A stretch of DNA of 64,000 nt from Flavobacteriales bacterium AspAUS03 (GTDB taxonomy: Bacteria > Bacteroidota > Bacteroidia > Flavobacteriales > Blattabacteriaceae). Shown piece by piece: positions 41,106 to 51,468 of this stretch (positions within the stretch are counted from its first letter, which is position 1; every line of letters starts with the position of its first letter). The notes below the pieces were generated by a model. That model made no database searches. It was not told the origin of the DNA and saw only the letters and a list, made by a program, of their open reading frames with translations. The stretch lies in contig CP180023.1 of the NCBI GenBank assembly GCA_047528275.1, positions 11,589-75,588 on the forward strand, given 5' to 3'. A program made the position numbers and the translations under genes.

Positions 41106-42150
41106 CGACATACATCGCATTGCACCAAGAATTCCCAAGCATCATAAAAACCAAGACAAGCAACATGATCAGTCCCATAGGGATCAGAGCAAGCTGAGCA
41201 TTACATAGGATGAAATGCGGATAATGCTTCTTAATGATGCTCTCCTAAGAAGTCGAGGAGGTTGTGCATCGATACCTAGAAAGCTCAAACCACTTTCGAT
41301 CAAAATAGCAGCTGCAAATTTCGCAGCCGAGACCACTGTCACATCCTCCAAATATTTGGAAATAAGTACTTAAAGATGTTCCGCACATCGTTATACCCAA
41401 GTACTCTAACGACTGTACGAATTCTTTTTGATACAAACTAAAGAATTGACCTCGAACGATACGGCAACTTTTACTCACATAGTAAGCCCTACGTAATGAA
41501 TATTTGCACAAAACCTTTACCTAGGACTAAAATGATTGACATGAGCAGGAGGAATGGTGGAATAGAGTAAAAAATATTGACCAACCACATGATGACTGCA
41601 TCTACTGTACACACTGTAATAACCCGCTATTGCTCTCAAGTGGATCTACGACAACTGAGGTCAATACAGAAACAAATTCAAGAAAAAAGGATACCCTTGT
41701 ACCAATAATAAGCCGAGTAAGGAAATCCCAACTATATTTATCTCTACCTAGAGGATAGGTATTGGTATAAACAAATTTTGAAATACTTCTTGCTTAGAGA
41801 TCCCCAACCGATGCAATTTTTTCAAGGAAACCGATATGGTTTGATTTGTGATATTCTCGTCGAGGTAAAGGATATAAACGATTTGATCGGTTTTTAGATG
41901 GTATTCAAGTTTTATTACAGTTACTTATTCAGTTTTTACAGGTTGACCAAAAAAATAAACCGTAGAACTAGTGAGATTTTTCTGAAGAGCTTTCTATAGG
42001 AATTTCTAAAACATTTGTAGAAAAATCAATAGCTTTATAAGACAGTATCAGATCTATACGATTGGCATCCTGAGGTGGTATCTCAGGACGATGAGATATC
42101 CAAATACGAACAAACACACTTCATCACCGAGACGATCACTGAGGAATGAA
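41090..42150 (-). pseudogene. DppC/OppC-like ABC peptide-transporter permease, degraded
   Basis: Hand translation fragments include ...VSKSCRIVRGQFFSLYQKEFVQSLEYLGI... (ORF 41245..41511) and AAKFAAAILIESGLSFLGIDAQPPRLL. The tail is IPMGLIMLLVLVFMMLGNSW. Several stops are present. The 3' end overlaps the convergent DUF423 gene. Confidence 0.6.
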
Positions 42151-42159
42151 TGCTAAAGA

Positions 42160-42186
42160 ATTTTTGAAAAATCGCCGGAGGGCGAT
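42160..42186 (-). terminator. Rho-independent terminator candidate downstream of the Prc-like gene
   Basis: On the minus strand the hairpin ATCGCC-CTCC-GGCGAT is followed by TTTTTCAAAAATTC. It lies about 35 nt after the stop codon. Confidence 0.5.
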
Positions 42187-42220
42187 CTGTATTAATAAGT
42201 CCTAACTTTTATACATCATT

Positions 42221-44383
42221 CTAACGTAAATCTCTCAATATGCGAACAGCCTCTTCGATGTATATATCCTTGGTGATATTTTTATACCATTCTTTTTTGC
42301 TTTCTTGAAAGAGACTATCTTGCTTCAATGAAGGATTCTCAGTAAAAGTAGAAGAGATCAATAGATCGTTTGAATAATTTTTGAAATGATTATATTTTTT
42401 ATTTTGATCTTCTCTTCTCTTTTTTTCTGCCTTGAATTTTTTCCAATTCAAAGAGACAGACTTTTCTTTTTCACGTTGCCCTAATATCTGTGCTATTTCA
42501 TCGAGTAATTGTACATTGTGATCTGCCTTTATCCGAGCGTTGCTCTTGTATTTGATCTGTTCGAGATCAACTGGACTTTTCCAAGTCTTATAAGGAATAG
42601 GTGGTATACTATCCCAGGGAAGCGGATTGTCTTGATCTTTTTCTCCAAATTTGATATAGGTATACCTACTGGGGATGATCACATCGGCATTTACTCCTTT
42701 TAATTGGGTAGAGCTCCCGTTGATACGATAAAACTTACTGGTGGTAAATTTCAATGCCCCCAGTTCTTTACCTGAAACAACAAACCGATTCAATGGATAA
42801 AAAGTCTGTATAGTGCCTTTTCCAAAGGTCTGACGGGCACCAAGAACAAGGCCTCTTTTGTAGTCTTCTATAGCTGCAGCCAGGATTTCCGAAGCGGAAG
42901 CTGATAATTCGTTGACCAAGATGGTCAAAGGACCTTCCCAGATCGCTTCAGAATCTTTGTATTTCAATATTTCTTTTTTTCCATCACTGCTTTTCACTTG
43001 CACTACTGGACCTTTCCCTACAAATAATCCTGTGATATCTACCACAGTTTCTAAAGAACCACCACCGTTATTTCTTAAATCGAGGATAAGTCCTTGAATG
43101 TTTTCTTTCTTCAGTATTTCGAGTTGTTGCCTGATGTCTGTAGCAGCGTTTCTTGCTTTTTTATTGTTAGGATTGAAATAAAACTCTGGCAGATAGATCA
43201 GGCCATATTTACCCTTACCTTTATCCAAAAGGATGGCGCTTTTGGCAAAAACTTCTTCCTGTTCGATCAAGTCGCGTACCAAGGTGATCTCTTGCATGGT
43301 ACCATCTTTCTTTTGAATAGTTAAGCGTACTTTGGTACCTTTCATACCCCGTATGAGACGGATGGAATTATCTAGTAACATTCCGATGATGTTTTTACTT
43401 TCTTTATCATTATTTTGTGCTATCTTAATGATTTTATCACCTACCTCGATTTTTTTACTCTTCCAGGCTGGTCCTCCTACGATCAATTTAACGATGGTAG
43501 CATAGCCTTTTTGGTCTTGCAATTGGGCACCAATACCTTCGAGTTGTCCAGAAATATTTAGGTCAAAGTTTTCTTTCTCTTTGGGAGAGAAATAATTGGT
43601 ATGCGGATCATATTGCGTCGTAATGGTATTTACATACAAGGAAAACCAGTCCGATTTTTTCCTCATCTTGAACCGCCGTAGATACTCGCTCATATTTCCT
43701 TCAACCCTTCTTCTGGCCTCTTTTTCCAAATAGGCAAAATCTTTCTTTATGAGTACACAGGGCTCCTTTTCCTTTTCTCTCTCTTTAGACACAGACCACC
43801 GATTTACTTTAAATAATGATTTTAAAGTAACAGTGTCTTCTTTCATAGCTTCATGGGTATCCATTTCAATAAGAGTTAAGTATTTGAAGTATTTCCTCAA
43901 CTGTTCTTTCCACGCTTTCGAGTCTTTGGCATAGGATCGTTTATCTTCATCAAATTCAATGGCTTCGTCTAGACTAAAATCAAAGGGTCGACTCAATAAT
44001 TGCTTATACAAACCTTCTAACTGTGCTGTCTTTTCATAAAAACGTTCGATGGTTTGATTGAAAAAAGTGAGATCACCTTTTATAAAGGCTTCATTGAGTC
44101 GGTTTCGATAAGAGGAAAAATCCTCTATGTCGCTCTGGAGGAGATAATTTTTTTGAGGATCTAGATTTTCAAAATATTTCTTGTAGACCTTTTGAGAGAA
44201 GGCGTCATCGATCTGAACAGGCTTCGGATGTAAGAAATAAAGTGTCTGATAGATCGTCTTCAAAACCATACTCTGATCCTCTTCACCTTTGGGAAAACAA
44301 AAACTCACCGAGAGTACCAATAGAAACAAGATAGAACCGATTAGTGCATATTTCCTACCTTTGGATCGAAGATTCTTCATCAT
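42221..44383 (-). CDS. prc: Tail-specific (C-terminal processing) S41 protease
   Basis: A 720-aa ORF with a signal peptide, a PDZ region, and the S41 catalytic region NELSASASEILAAAIEDY. Confidence 0.9.
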   Translation of the reverse strand: MMKNLRSKGRKYALIGSILFLLVLSVSFCFPKGEEDQSMVLKTIYQTLYFLHPKPVQIDDAFSQKVYKKYFENLDPQKNYLLQSDIEDFSSYRNRLNEAFIKGDLTFFNQTIERFYEKTAQLEGLYKQLLSRPFDFSLDEAIEFDEDKRSYAKDSKAWKEQLRKYFKYLTLIEMDTHEAMKEDTVTLKSLFKVNRWSVSKEREKEKEPCVLIKKDFAYLEKEARRRVEGNMSEYLRRFKMRKKSDWFSLYVNTITTQYDPHTNYFSPKEKENFDLNISGQLEGIGAQLQDQKGYATIVKLIVGGPAWKSKKIEVGDKIIKIAQNNDKESKNIIGMLLDNSIRLIRGMKGTKVRLTIQKKDGTMQEITLVRDLIEQEEVFAKSAILLDKGKGKYGLIYLPEFYFNPNNKKARNAATDIRQQLEILKKENIQGLILDLRNNGGGSLETVVDITGLFVGKGPVVQVKSSDGKKEILKYKDSEAIWEGPLTILVNELSASASEILAAAIEDYKRGLVLGARQTFGKGTIQTFYPLNRFVVSGKELGALKFTTSKFYRINGSSTQLKGVNADVIIPSRYTYIKFGEKDQDNPLPWDSIPPIPYKTWKSPVDLEQIKYKSNARIKADHNVQLLDEIAQILGQREKEKSVSLNWKKFKAEKKRREDQNKKYNHFKNYSNDLLISSTFTENPSLKQDSLFQESKKEWYKNITKDIYIEEAVRILRDLR

Positions 44384-44480
44384 ATCACCTATTTATGAAA
44401 CGGATCGATTTATTATAAAAATGTCCATCGACCTGTAAAAATATAGGTACAAAGGTTTAGATTTATTCTGGAATATTAAA

Positions 44481-45251
44481 ATGAAAACAAAACCAATTAT
44501 TTTGGTGACCAACGATGATGGGATTATCGCACCAGGGATTCGAGCGCTCATCCGCATGATGAATACCATTGGAAACGTCTACGTCGTAGCACCTGACAAA
44601 CCTCAATCAGGCATGGGGCATGCTATCACCGTCGAGATCCCCTTGCATGGGGAGTCCGTAGAGATCGATCAGGGACCTCAACAAGAATGGCAATGCTCAG
44701 GAACACCGGTAGACTGTATCAAATTGGCTATTGGCCAGATCCTCCCCAAAAGACCAGACATCTGCGTATCAGGTATCAATCACGGATCAAATGCTTCGGT
44801 TAATGTGATCTACTCGGGTACCATGTCTGCTGCTGTAGAAGCAGCGATCGAAGGTATACCAGCTATAGGCTTTTCACTGTTAGATTTCTCCTGGGAAGCG
44901 GACTTCAAACCAGCCCAAAAATACGTGTGCCAGATTGTGCAAAAAATCCTTGAAAAAGGGCTTCCGAAAGATGTTAGCCTCAATGTAAACATCCCAAAAA
45001 TCAAAGAAAAAGAGATCAAAGGAATCAAAATATGCCGACAGGCCAAAGCACGATGGAAAGAGAATTTCGACAAACGCCTCGACCCCAAAGGCAGAACATA
45101 CTATTGGCTCACGGGTGAATTTGTTAACCTTGACCAAAAAGAGGATACCGACGAATGGGCTCTAGCCAACAGATATATCTCCGTAGTACCTATACAATTC
45201 GACCTGACAGCCCATGCATCCATCCAAACGTTGAAATCCTTGGAGTTATAA
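44481..45251 (+). CDS. surE: 5'/3'-nucleotidase SurE
   Basis: A 256-aa ORF with ILVTNDDGIIAPGIRAL, GINHGSN and YSGTMSAA. Confidence 0.95.
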   Translation: MKTKPIILVTNDDGIIAPGIRALIRMMNTIGNVYVVAPDKPQSGMGHAITVEIPLHGESVEIDQGPQQEWQCSGTPVDCIKLAIGQILPKRPDICVSGINHGSNASVNVIYSGTMSAAVEAAIEGIPAIGFSLLDFSWEADFKPAQKYVCQIVQKILEKGLPKDVSLNVNIPKIKEKEIKGIKICRQAKARWKENFDKRLDPKGRTYYWLTGEFVNLDQKEDTDEWALANRYISVVPIQFDLTAHASIQTLKSLEL

Positions 45252-46303
45252 GCCAAAATAAATACAATCTCATTCAGCTACTATGAAACTTCCGAGCAAA
45301 GAGCCAGTATCATTTTTCAAGCGTATAGGTAAGTCCTATGCCCATGTTTTCTTTGAGCTGTGTCCTTTTGATTTGATTTTCATCATAAAGTATATCAAGC
45401 CAAAGCTGAGGCGAAAGGATTTTTTTTGATCTGCATATCTAAGATCTCGGAATAAGCTATATATGTTTTGCGGTTTCCGCAAATAATTAAAAAGATGCTC
45501 AGACTATTATCTAAAGAATACATTCTGAACCAATTATATCTTGTAACGCACCCAAGATAAGCGCCCAATTCATAATGAAAAACGCCCCCTGATCTATTCC
45601 ATAGGAACCTAATCCACCGCCGATTATCTACCCCTCTTCACCATAAGTGGTGAAGATGTCCTTATCTATGAAAAAGATCATCCTCGAAGTCAACAGATGG
45701 ATATTCACAATGAGAGGATTATTAGGTCAATAATTCACTTCAAAAATTATCAAAAATAAGCCGGAGACATAAAATTGGAGATCTTCCACAGCGGCGTTTT
45801 TGGTGTAATCATAGCCTTTCCAAAACTGGTTCCTGAAATCCAATCGAGAGGGATAGTACCAATTTTCCTTAAACCGATATTCATAGACAGGATTCACGTC
45901 AATGATGTCCTCAATCTTTTTAGCTCTCTTTTTGTTTTCAGCGCGTATTCCACAGCCGAAAATCACACGGATGTCCCAAATATGCTTACTACGAATGAAA
46001 TCCAGATCATAATTCATCCAGACATTAAGAGCAACTGAATTTACCCCACCATCCACTCAATTACTAAAAAACCTCTGGTTTAACAATAAAATGTGTATCC
46101 ATTGTAACATCAACCCTCTTTACGCTCAAAGATCTTGATCTATTTGGCCATACGGAAACTTTCATAATTCAATAAAGAATTTTTCTTAGGATCCATTTGA
46201 GCCACACCGATCCCATACAAGACCAGCAACAGAACCAGCCAATAAATAAACTTTTTTTATACAATTTTATTTTTCAAATGAACGCGAATTTATAAAATAT
46301 GGT

Positions 46304-47365
46304 TTATAGTTTAAAAACAACTTTTTCACTCAGCCAAATCTTACACCAATTGGATAAAGCTGTCACCCATGCTTCTTGAATATTCAAGCAGGGTATATAG
46401 GTAAAGAACTCACCACCAGATCGTAAAAAAATATCCCTCCCACCCATAGCAAGCTCTTCAAGTGTTTCCAAACAATCGGTTGTAAAAGATGGTGCTACCA
46501 CAGCAAGATTTTTTACCCCAGATTTACCCAATACTTCTAGCGTCTTGTCCGTATAAGGTTTGAGCCAAGGATCATTACCCAAACGAGACTGAAAAGAAAT
46601 AGAGTACTGACCCAAAGGCAAACCATACCATTCCGCAGTTCTCCGAGTCGTCTCATAACACTGATAACGATAACACCTGCTATGGGATTCAGACATCGAT
46701 CGGAAACAGCAATCATTGATCCTACAATGACCCGCCAGATCTGTTTCGTAAATATGCCGTTTGGGTACGCCATGGTAAGAAAACAACAGATGATCTACCC
46801 CTTGAGTCAATCCCAAAGCGATGCTTTCACCCAAAGCACTGATATAGTTACGAAATTGGAAAAAAGGAGGAAAAAAGACTACCTTCATATCCTTGAAATG
46901 CCTCCTCCCTACCCGAAAGGTTTTGACCATTACACTCTCAGATGTACTCATCGCAAACTGTGGATAAAGAGGGAAGACCAATACCTCGCGGACTTGCTGC
47001 ATATAAAGCTCCTCCAAACCCGATAGTATCGAAGGATGCCCATAACGCATACCCAAGGAAACGGGTACGGACAAACGTTCAGAAATTGCTCTCTTCAATT
47101 GTTGGGAAATCACAATGAGTGGTGAACCCTTCTCCCACCAGATCTTTCGGTAGGCTTCAGCCGAAAACTTAGGCCGTTTGGGTAATATCAAAACTTCGAC
47201 GATAAATTTTCGCATTAAATAAGACGCATCAATCACTCGTTTGTCAGATAAAAATTCTCGGAGGTACCGACGAACATCCGGCACTGAAGGTGAATCTGGG
47301 GAACCTATATTTACCAATAAGATCCCTTTTTTCACCAACTCGATATTTTTCTTTGAATCCAGCAT
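46304..47365 (-). CDS. hemH: Ferrochelatase
   Basis: The ORF runs to 47374 (TTG). I prefer the ATG at 47365. It contains GILLVNIGSPDSPSVPDVRRYLREFLSD and HLLFSYHGVPKRH. Confidence 0.9.
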   Translation of the reverse strand: MLDSKKNIELVKKGILLVNIGSPDSPSVPDVRRYLREFLSDKRVIDASYLMRKFIVEVLILPKRPKFSAEAYRKIWWEKGSPLIVISQQLKRAISERLSVPVSLGMRYGHPSILSGLEELYMQQVREVLVFPLYPQFAMSTSESVMVKTFRVGRRHFKDMKVVFFPPFFQFRNYISALGESIALGLTQGVDHLLFSYHGVPKRHIYETDLAGHCRINDCCFRSMSESHSRCYRYQCYETTRRTAEWYGLPLGQYSISFQSRLGNDPWLKPYTDKTLEVLGKSGVKNLAVVAPSFTTDCLETLEELAMGGRDIFLRSGGEFFTYIPCLNIQEAWVTALSNWCKIWLSEKVVFKL

Positions 47366-47865
47366 CAAAGGCAAAGATAATATACACTTTCAAATCGAAA
47401 GATACTGACTAATAAAAATTTCCAATTGACCAATAAATCTCAAAAAGCTAAGTTGTCTAGGTAAAAAAATCCTTGTTATTTCAAATAGTTATGAAGGTCA
47501 TCGACATCCAGAATATCACCAATGGTCTGAAGGATCTGAGCAAACCACAACAGGATATTGGTCATGAAAATCATAGACATAAAACAGAAGACGATATGCA
47601 AAAGGTCTTAAGTAGGATGGATGCTCAATTTAGCAGGTTAGATTCTCAATACAAAAGAATTGAACACAAATTGGATGTATAACAGAATCTCATATGATGG
47701 TTGATTATAACCCACGTGATTGATATAATATATTTAATTAATAGATTTATTATAAACAAATAATTAGAAATACTAAAATACTAAAAACTTATCCAAAACA
47801 AAAATTATTATCCAACTGATAAACAGCCCTATTAGATACATTTCTAGACCTAATCCAATCCATCG

Positions 47866-48913
47866 ATGGCCGACATTCTAAATCCCAACAAAGAAGAACT
47901 CTTTGCCAAGGAGCTCGAATTCGAAAAAAAAACCTACGACCGAGACGTTTCGACGATTTTAGCGGGTAAAAATACATCCTAGAAAACCTTGAAGTTTTTG
48001 TACAAGATACCAAACAGTAAGGAGAGATTCTAGATCATGTCCTATTACACGGCCAGACTGGCCTAGGCACGCTGGCCCACATCATTACAATGAATCGGGC
48101 GTAGGTATCAAAATTAGTTCAGATGTCAATCTTGGATAAGCCAAGCGATCTGACTAGTCTACTAACCCTCCTAGAACAACATGGTGTACCTTTCATCGAG
48201 GAGATCCATCGGCTCTCGCCATTGTGGGAAGAATATCTCTACTCCTCAATGGAAGACTATCGGATCGATATTATGATCAAGTACGGTCCAAATGTTCGTT
48301 CAGTACAGATCCACCTAGATTCCTTCACACCTCATTGAAGCCACGACCCGATCAAGACTACTCACAGCACCAATACACTCTCGTTTTGGTATCAATTGTC
48401 GTTTGGAATATTATCAAAAAAACTCCTGAGCGATATCATCAAACGAAGTGCCCAGATTTTGACTGTTCCAATCACACCAGAAACTGCTATAGAGATCGCT
48501 GGTCGCAGCCAGGGTACTCCGCGCAGGCTTATAATACCTTGCTCCGCCTTCTGTGCAACTTTACTCAAATCAAAGGCAATGGTACGATTGATTTGAATAT
48601 CTCCGAAACAGACTACATACTTTAAATGTTGACAAGCACGGCTTGAATAAAATGGACAATAAGATTCTGAGAACGATCATCGACAAATTCAAAGGAGGAG
48701 CGGTATCTTTAAGTACTATTGCTCAGCCGTCAAAGAGAACCACGGAACGATAGAGAAAATCTACAAACCTTTTCTCATTCAAGATGGTTATCTGATGCGT
48801 ACACCCCGCGGAAAAAAAAGACACAGTCTCCTATCCTACCAGATATCTGTGGTAGAATGCTACAATCCGACAGGATTCTTTGCTTGACTAAACCGTTTGA
48901 AAGGGATCCATGA
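47866..48913 (+). pseudogene. ruvB: Holliday junction helicase RuvB with multiple stops and frameshifts
   Basis: The fragments include MADILNPNKEELFAKELEFEKK... and VPFIEEIHRLSPLWEEYLYSSMEDYRIDIMIKYGPNVRSVQIHLDSFTP (sensor/Walker B region). Another fragment is AIEIAGRSQGTPRRLI. The fragments are spread over three frames. Confidence 0.85.
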
Positions 48914-49720
48914 CGCATCTCAAGAAAAAACATAACCAAAAGATTAAATAAGAAGCTAAACGTTTGGTATTCATATATTTTAGAATTTCTAAAGCAAAAT
49001 TCCTAGAAGAGGAGGCTCTACGCTTAGAACGTTGGATTAAGAAGAAAAAATATGCGGATCTTCATTATATGGAAAATCATTTTAATAAACGACTTGATCC
49101 TACACGACTGGTAGATGAAGCCCGATCGGTCATCTCCACTCTTGTACAACTACTATCCTCTGAAAAAACAACGTCAAGATACCTACTAGATATAAAATAC
49201 GCTTACGGACAAAGGACCTATCACCATGTAATGAAATCCAAGCTACAAGCATTACGCAGCTTTATCATCAAACATATTGGCAAGGTACATATCCGAAATT
49301 TTGTCGACTCTACTTCAATACTTAATAAGTCCTGGGAGGGATAGGGAAAAATACCATACTTCTGAAAAAACAACAGGGCTTATTTCATTTTATTTTCAAA
49401 TTGATCGTCGATCTGAAACTACTCTATGACCATCTGGGGACAGATTATTTCGGATATATAGGCATTGCATCGATGCTTCGCATTGTATTTCCTACCTAAC
49501 TATTAAATTGAAAGACCAACTCATCCCATCCAGATTGGAAAAAACTTTCAGAATTCGGGATTCGGATGTAACATCTGTCAAGATGTATGTCCTTAGAATC
49601 TTCTCCAACGGAGAAGCTTTTTTTACAACCACAAGAGGAATCTTGGTTAGACTTTTTAAAAAAAATGGGAAGAGATCAATAAATAAATTTTTCAAAAGAT
49701 CTTCAAAAGAAATACACTAA
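48910..49720 (+). pseudogene. queG: Epoxyqueuosine reductase QueG, degraded
   Basis: The start MTHLKKKHNQKIK*EAKRLVFIYFRISKAKFLEEEALRLERWIKKKKYADLHYMENHFNKRLDPTRLVDEARSVIS matches the QueG N-terminus. The Fe-S region downstream is unreadable (frames broken after 49344). The ATG overlaps the ruvB stop. Confidence 0.65.
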
Positions 49721-49853
49721 ATCAAGCTAAATATACTAGATTTAAACGGAATGTAGGCTACGTCAAGATGATAAAAAAAACAGAGGACATAATCACATGA
49801 CCTCTACTTATTTGTATATCGTATCTTTGTAAAGAATTTCAAAGACTTACTCA

Positions 49854-50876
49854 TTGAATATTACAGAAAAAAAATATACGTCTAAAGATTTCATCTCCGA
49901 CCAAGAACTCAAATGGTGCCCTGGGTGTGGGGATTATTCGATACTGAAGCAGATGCAGATGGTATTACCAGAAATAGGTATCGCCAAAGAAAATATCGTC
50001 TTTGTATCAGGCATCGGTTGTTCTTCGCGCTTTCCGTACTACATGGATACTTTTGGACTCCATGGTATACACGGCCGAGCACCTTCCATCGCTACTGGGA
50101 TCAAACTGGCCCGTCCTGAATTGAGTGTATGGATCATCACTGGAGACGGTGATGCACTCTCTATCGGAGGGAACCATACGATACACCTATTTCGTAGAAA
50201 TCTAGACGTGAATGTATTACTCTTCAATAACGAGATATACGGATTGACCAAAGGACAATATTCTCCCACTTCAAGTTTGGGTTTGAAAACAAAATCCTCT
50301 CCTCTAGGTGCAATTGACCAACCCTTCAACCCCTTGAGACTGGCCTTAGGAGCTCAAGCTACTTTTATAGCTCGGTCAATAGATAGAGATCCTAAACATC
50401 TCAGGGAAATGCTTTTAAAATGCTACCAACACAAGGGTACTTCATTTTTAGAGATCTATCAAAACTGCAATATCTTCAACGACGGAGCCTTTGAAGTTTT
50501 CTCAGAAAAGGCGAGTAAACCTGACTCTACGCTATTTCTCGAACATGGCAAACCCTTACTCTTTGGAGCCGAACGTACCAAAGGAATACGACTTGATGGT
50601 CTACAACCTGAGGTTGTTTCTTTGAAAGAGAAATATTCCTTGGAGGATCTCTGGGTACATGATGAGAAGGACTGTACTAAGGCAAACATCCTGGCTCGGT
50701 TTTTCGATACACCTGGTAAAGGTTGTTTCCCACGACCTTTTGGAGTACTTTATACGGAAGGCCGTCCGTGTTATGACGTACTTTTTCATCAACAATTTGG
50801 GGAATTTAAAACAAGCTTAGACGTACCGAATCTAGACGAGCTCCTTGCTGGGACAAATACTTGGATGATTTCATAA
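49854..50876 (+). CDS. korB: 2-oxoglutarate/2-oxoacid:ferredoxin oxidoreductase beta subunit (TPP-binding)
   Basis: A 340-aa ORF with a TTG start. It contains WCPGCGDYSILK, SGIGCSSRFPYYM, GDGDALSIGGNH and NNEIYGLTKGQYSPTS. A TATCTTTG -7-like element lies at 49822-49829. Confidence 0.9.
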   Translation: MNITEKKYTSKDFISDQELKWCPGCGDYSILKQMQMVLPEIGIAKENIVFVSGIGCSSRFPYYMDTFGLHGIHGRAPSIATGIKLARPELSVWIITGDGDALSIGGNHTIHLFRRNLDVNVLLFNNEIYGLTKGQYSPTSSLGLKTKSSPLGAIDQPFNPLRLALGAQATFIARSIDRDPKHLREMLLKCYQHKGTSFLEIYQNCNIFNDGAFEVFSEKASKPDSTLFLEHGKPLLFGAERTKGIRLDGLQPEVVSLKEKYSLEDLWVHDEKDCTKANILARFFDTPGKGCFPRPFGVLYTEGRPCYDVLFHQQFGEFKTSLDVPNLDELLAGTNTWMIS

Positions 50877-50987
50877 GGTAACTTATTCATAGAAAAAATA
50901 CAAAAAAAAAATACTGACTAGTTACCAAAAATCAGTATCAATATTCAACGCAATTAGGAAGTGGGAAAAATGCTGAAAGAAAGAGAT

Positions 50988-51446
50988 CTAGAAACTGCTA
51001 GTCTGTAAAAATTTCAAAAAATCTGGGGCAGATAAATAGCCCTGTAATAGATTCACAGTATTCCAATTCTTATCTACAATCACAATGGATGGGAAGCTAG
51101 GCCTTCCATTTAATAAAGAATAAGCCAAACCATTTACCCTGAAAGAGTTCAAATAAGGATATCTCTTCTTCCGATAGATGATGACGTCCTCTGTTTCACC
51201 ATCGACTCTCACCGGGATATAATTCTCATCGATATACTTCACCACAGCAGGATTCCTGAATGTATTCCTATTCATCAATTTACAATAACCACACCAAGTG
51301 GTGTAGAACATGATCATAATTTTTTTCTTGGGAGATCTCTCGACTAAGTACTCAGCTGTAGGTAGATCAACCCATCTGACCATATCCTGAGCAGTTAGAG
51401 ATAAGAATAATAATAGACTTACCCATAAGCTAATTAATGCTTTCAT
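50988..51446 (-). CDS. Secreted thioredoxin-fold protein
   Basis: A 152-aa ORF with a signal peptide and the WCGYC active site. Confidence 0.8.
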   Translation of the reverse strand: MKALISLWVSLLLFLSLTAQDMVRWVDLPTAEYLVERSPKKKIMIMFYTTWCGYCKLMNRNTFRNPAVVKYIDENYIPVRVDGETEDVIIYRKKRYPYLNSFRVNGLAYSLLNGRPSFPSIVIVDKNWNTVNLLQGYLSAPDFLKFLQTSSF

Positions 51447-51468
51447 CGATAATGATTTTATAAAAAAT

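Noticed and set aside
45260-46300. There are hints of a patatin-like phospholipase: a DGG motif in ORF 45727..46056 and a GGG-type motif near 45620 on the minus strand. A signal-peptide-like MKKFIYWLVLLLVLYG lies near 46250.
   Set aside because: The motif order is inconsistent with a single patatin gene on that strand, and the matches are too short. The interval is probably decayed gene material, but I cannot name the family.
47473-47682. A 69-aa ORF (…MKVIDIQNITNGLKDLSKPQQDIGHENHRHKTEDDMQKVLSRMDAQFSRLDSQYKRIEHKLDV) lies between hemH and the ruvB pseudogene.
   Set aside because: It has no recognisable family, it sits in a debris-rich interval, and its charged coiled-coil-like sequence could arise by chance. 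I did not report it as a gene.
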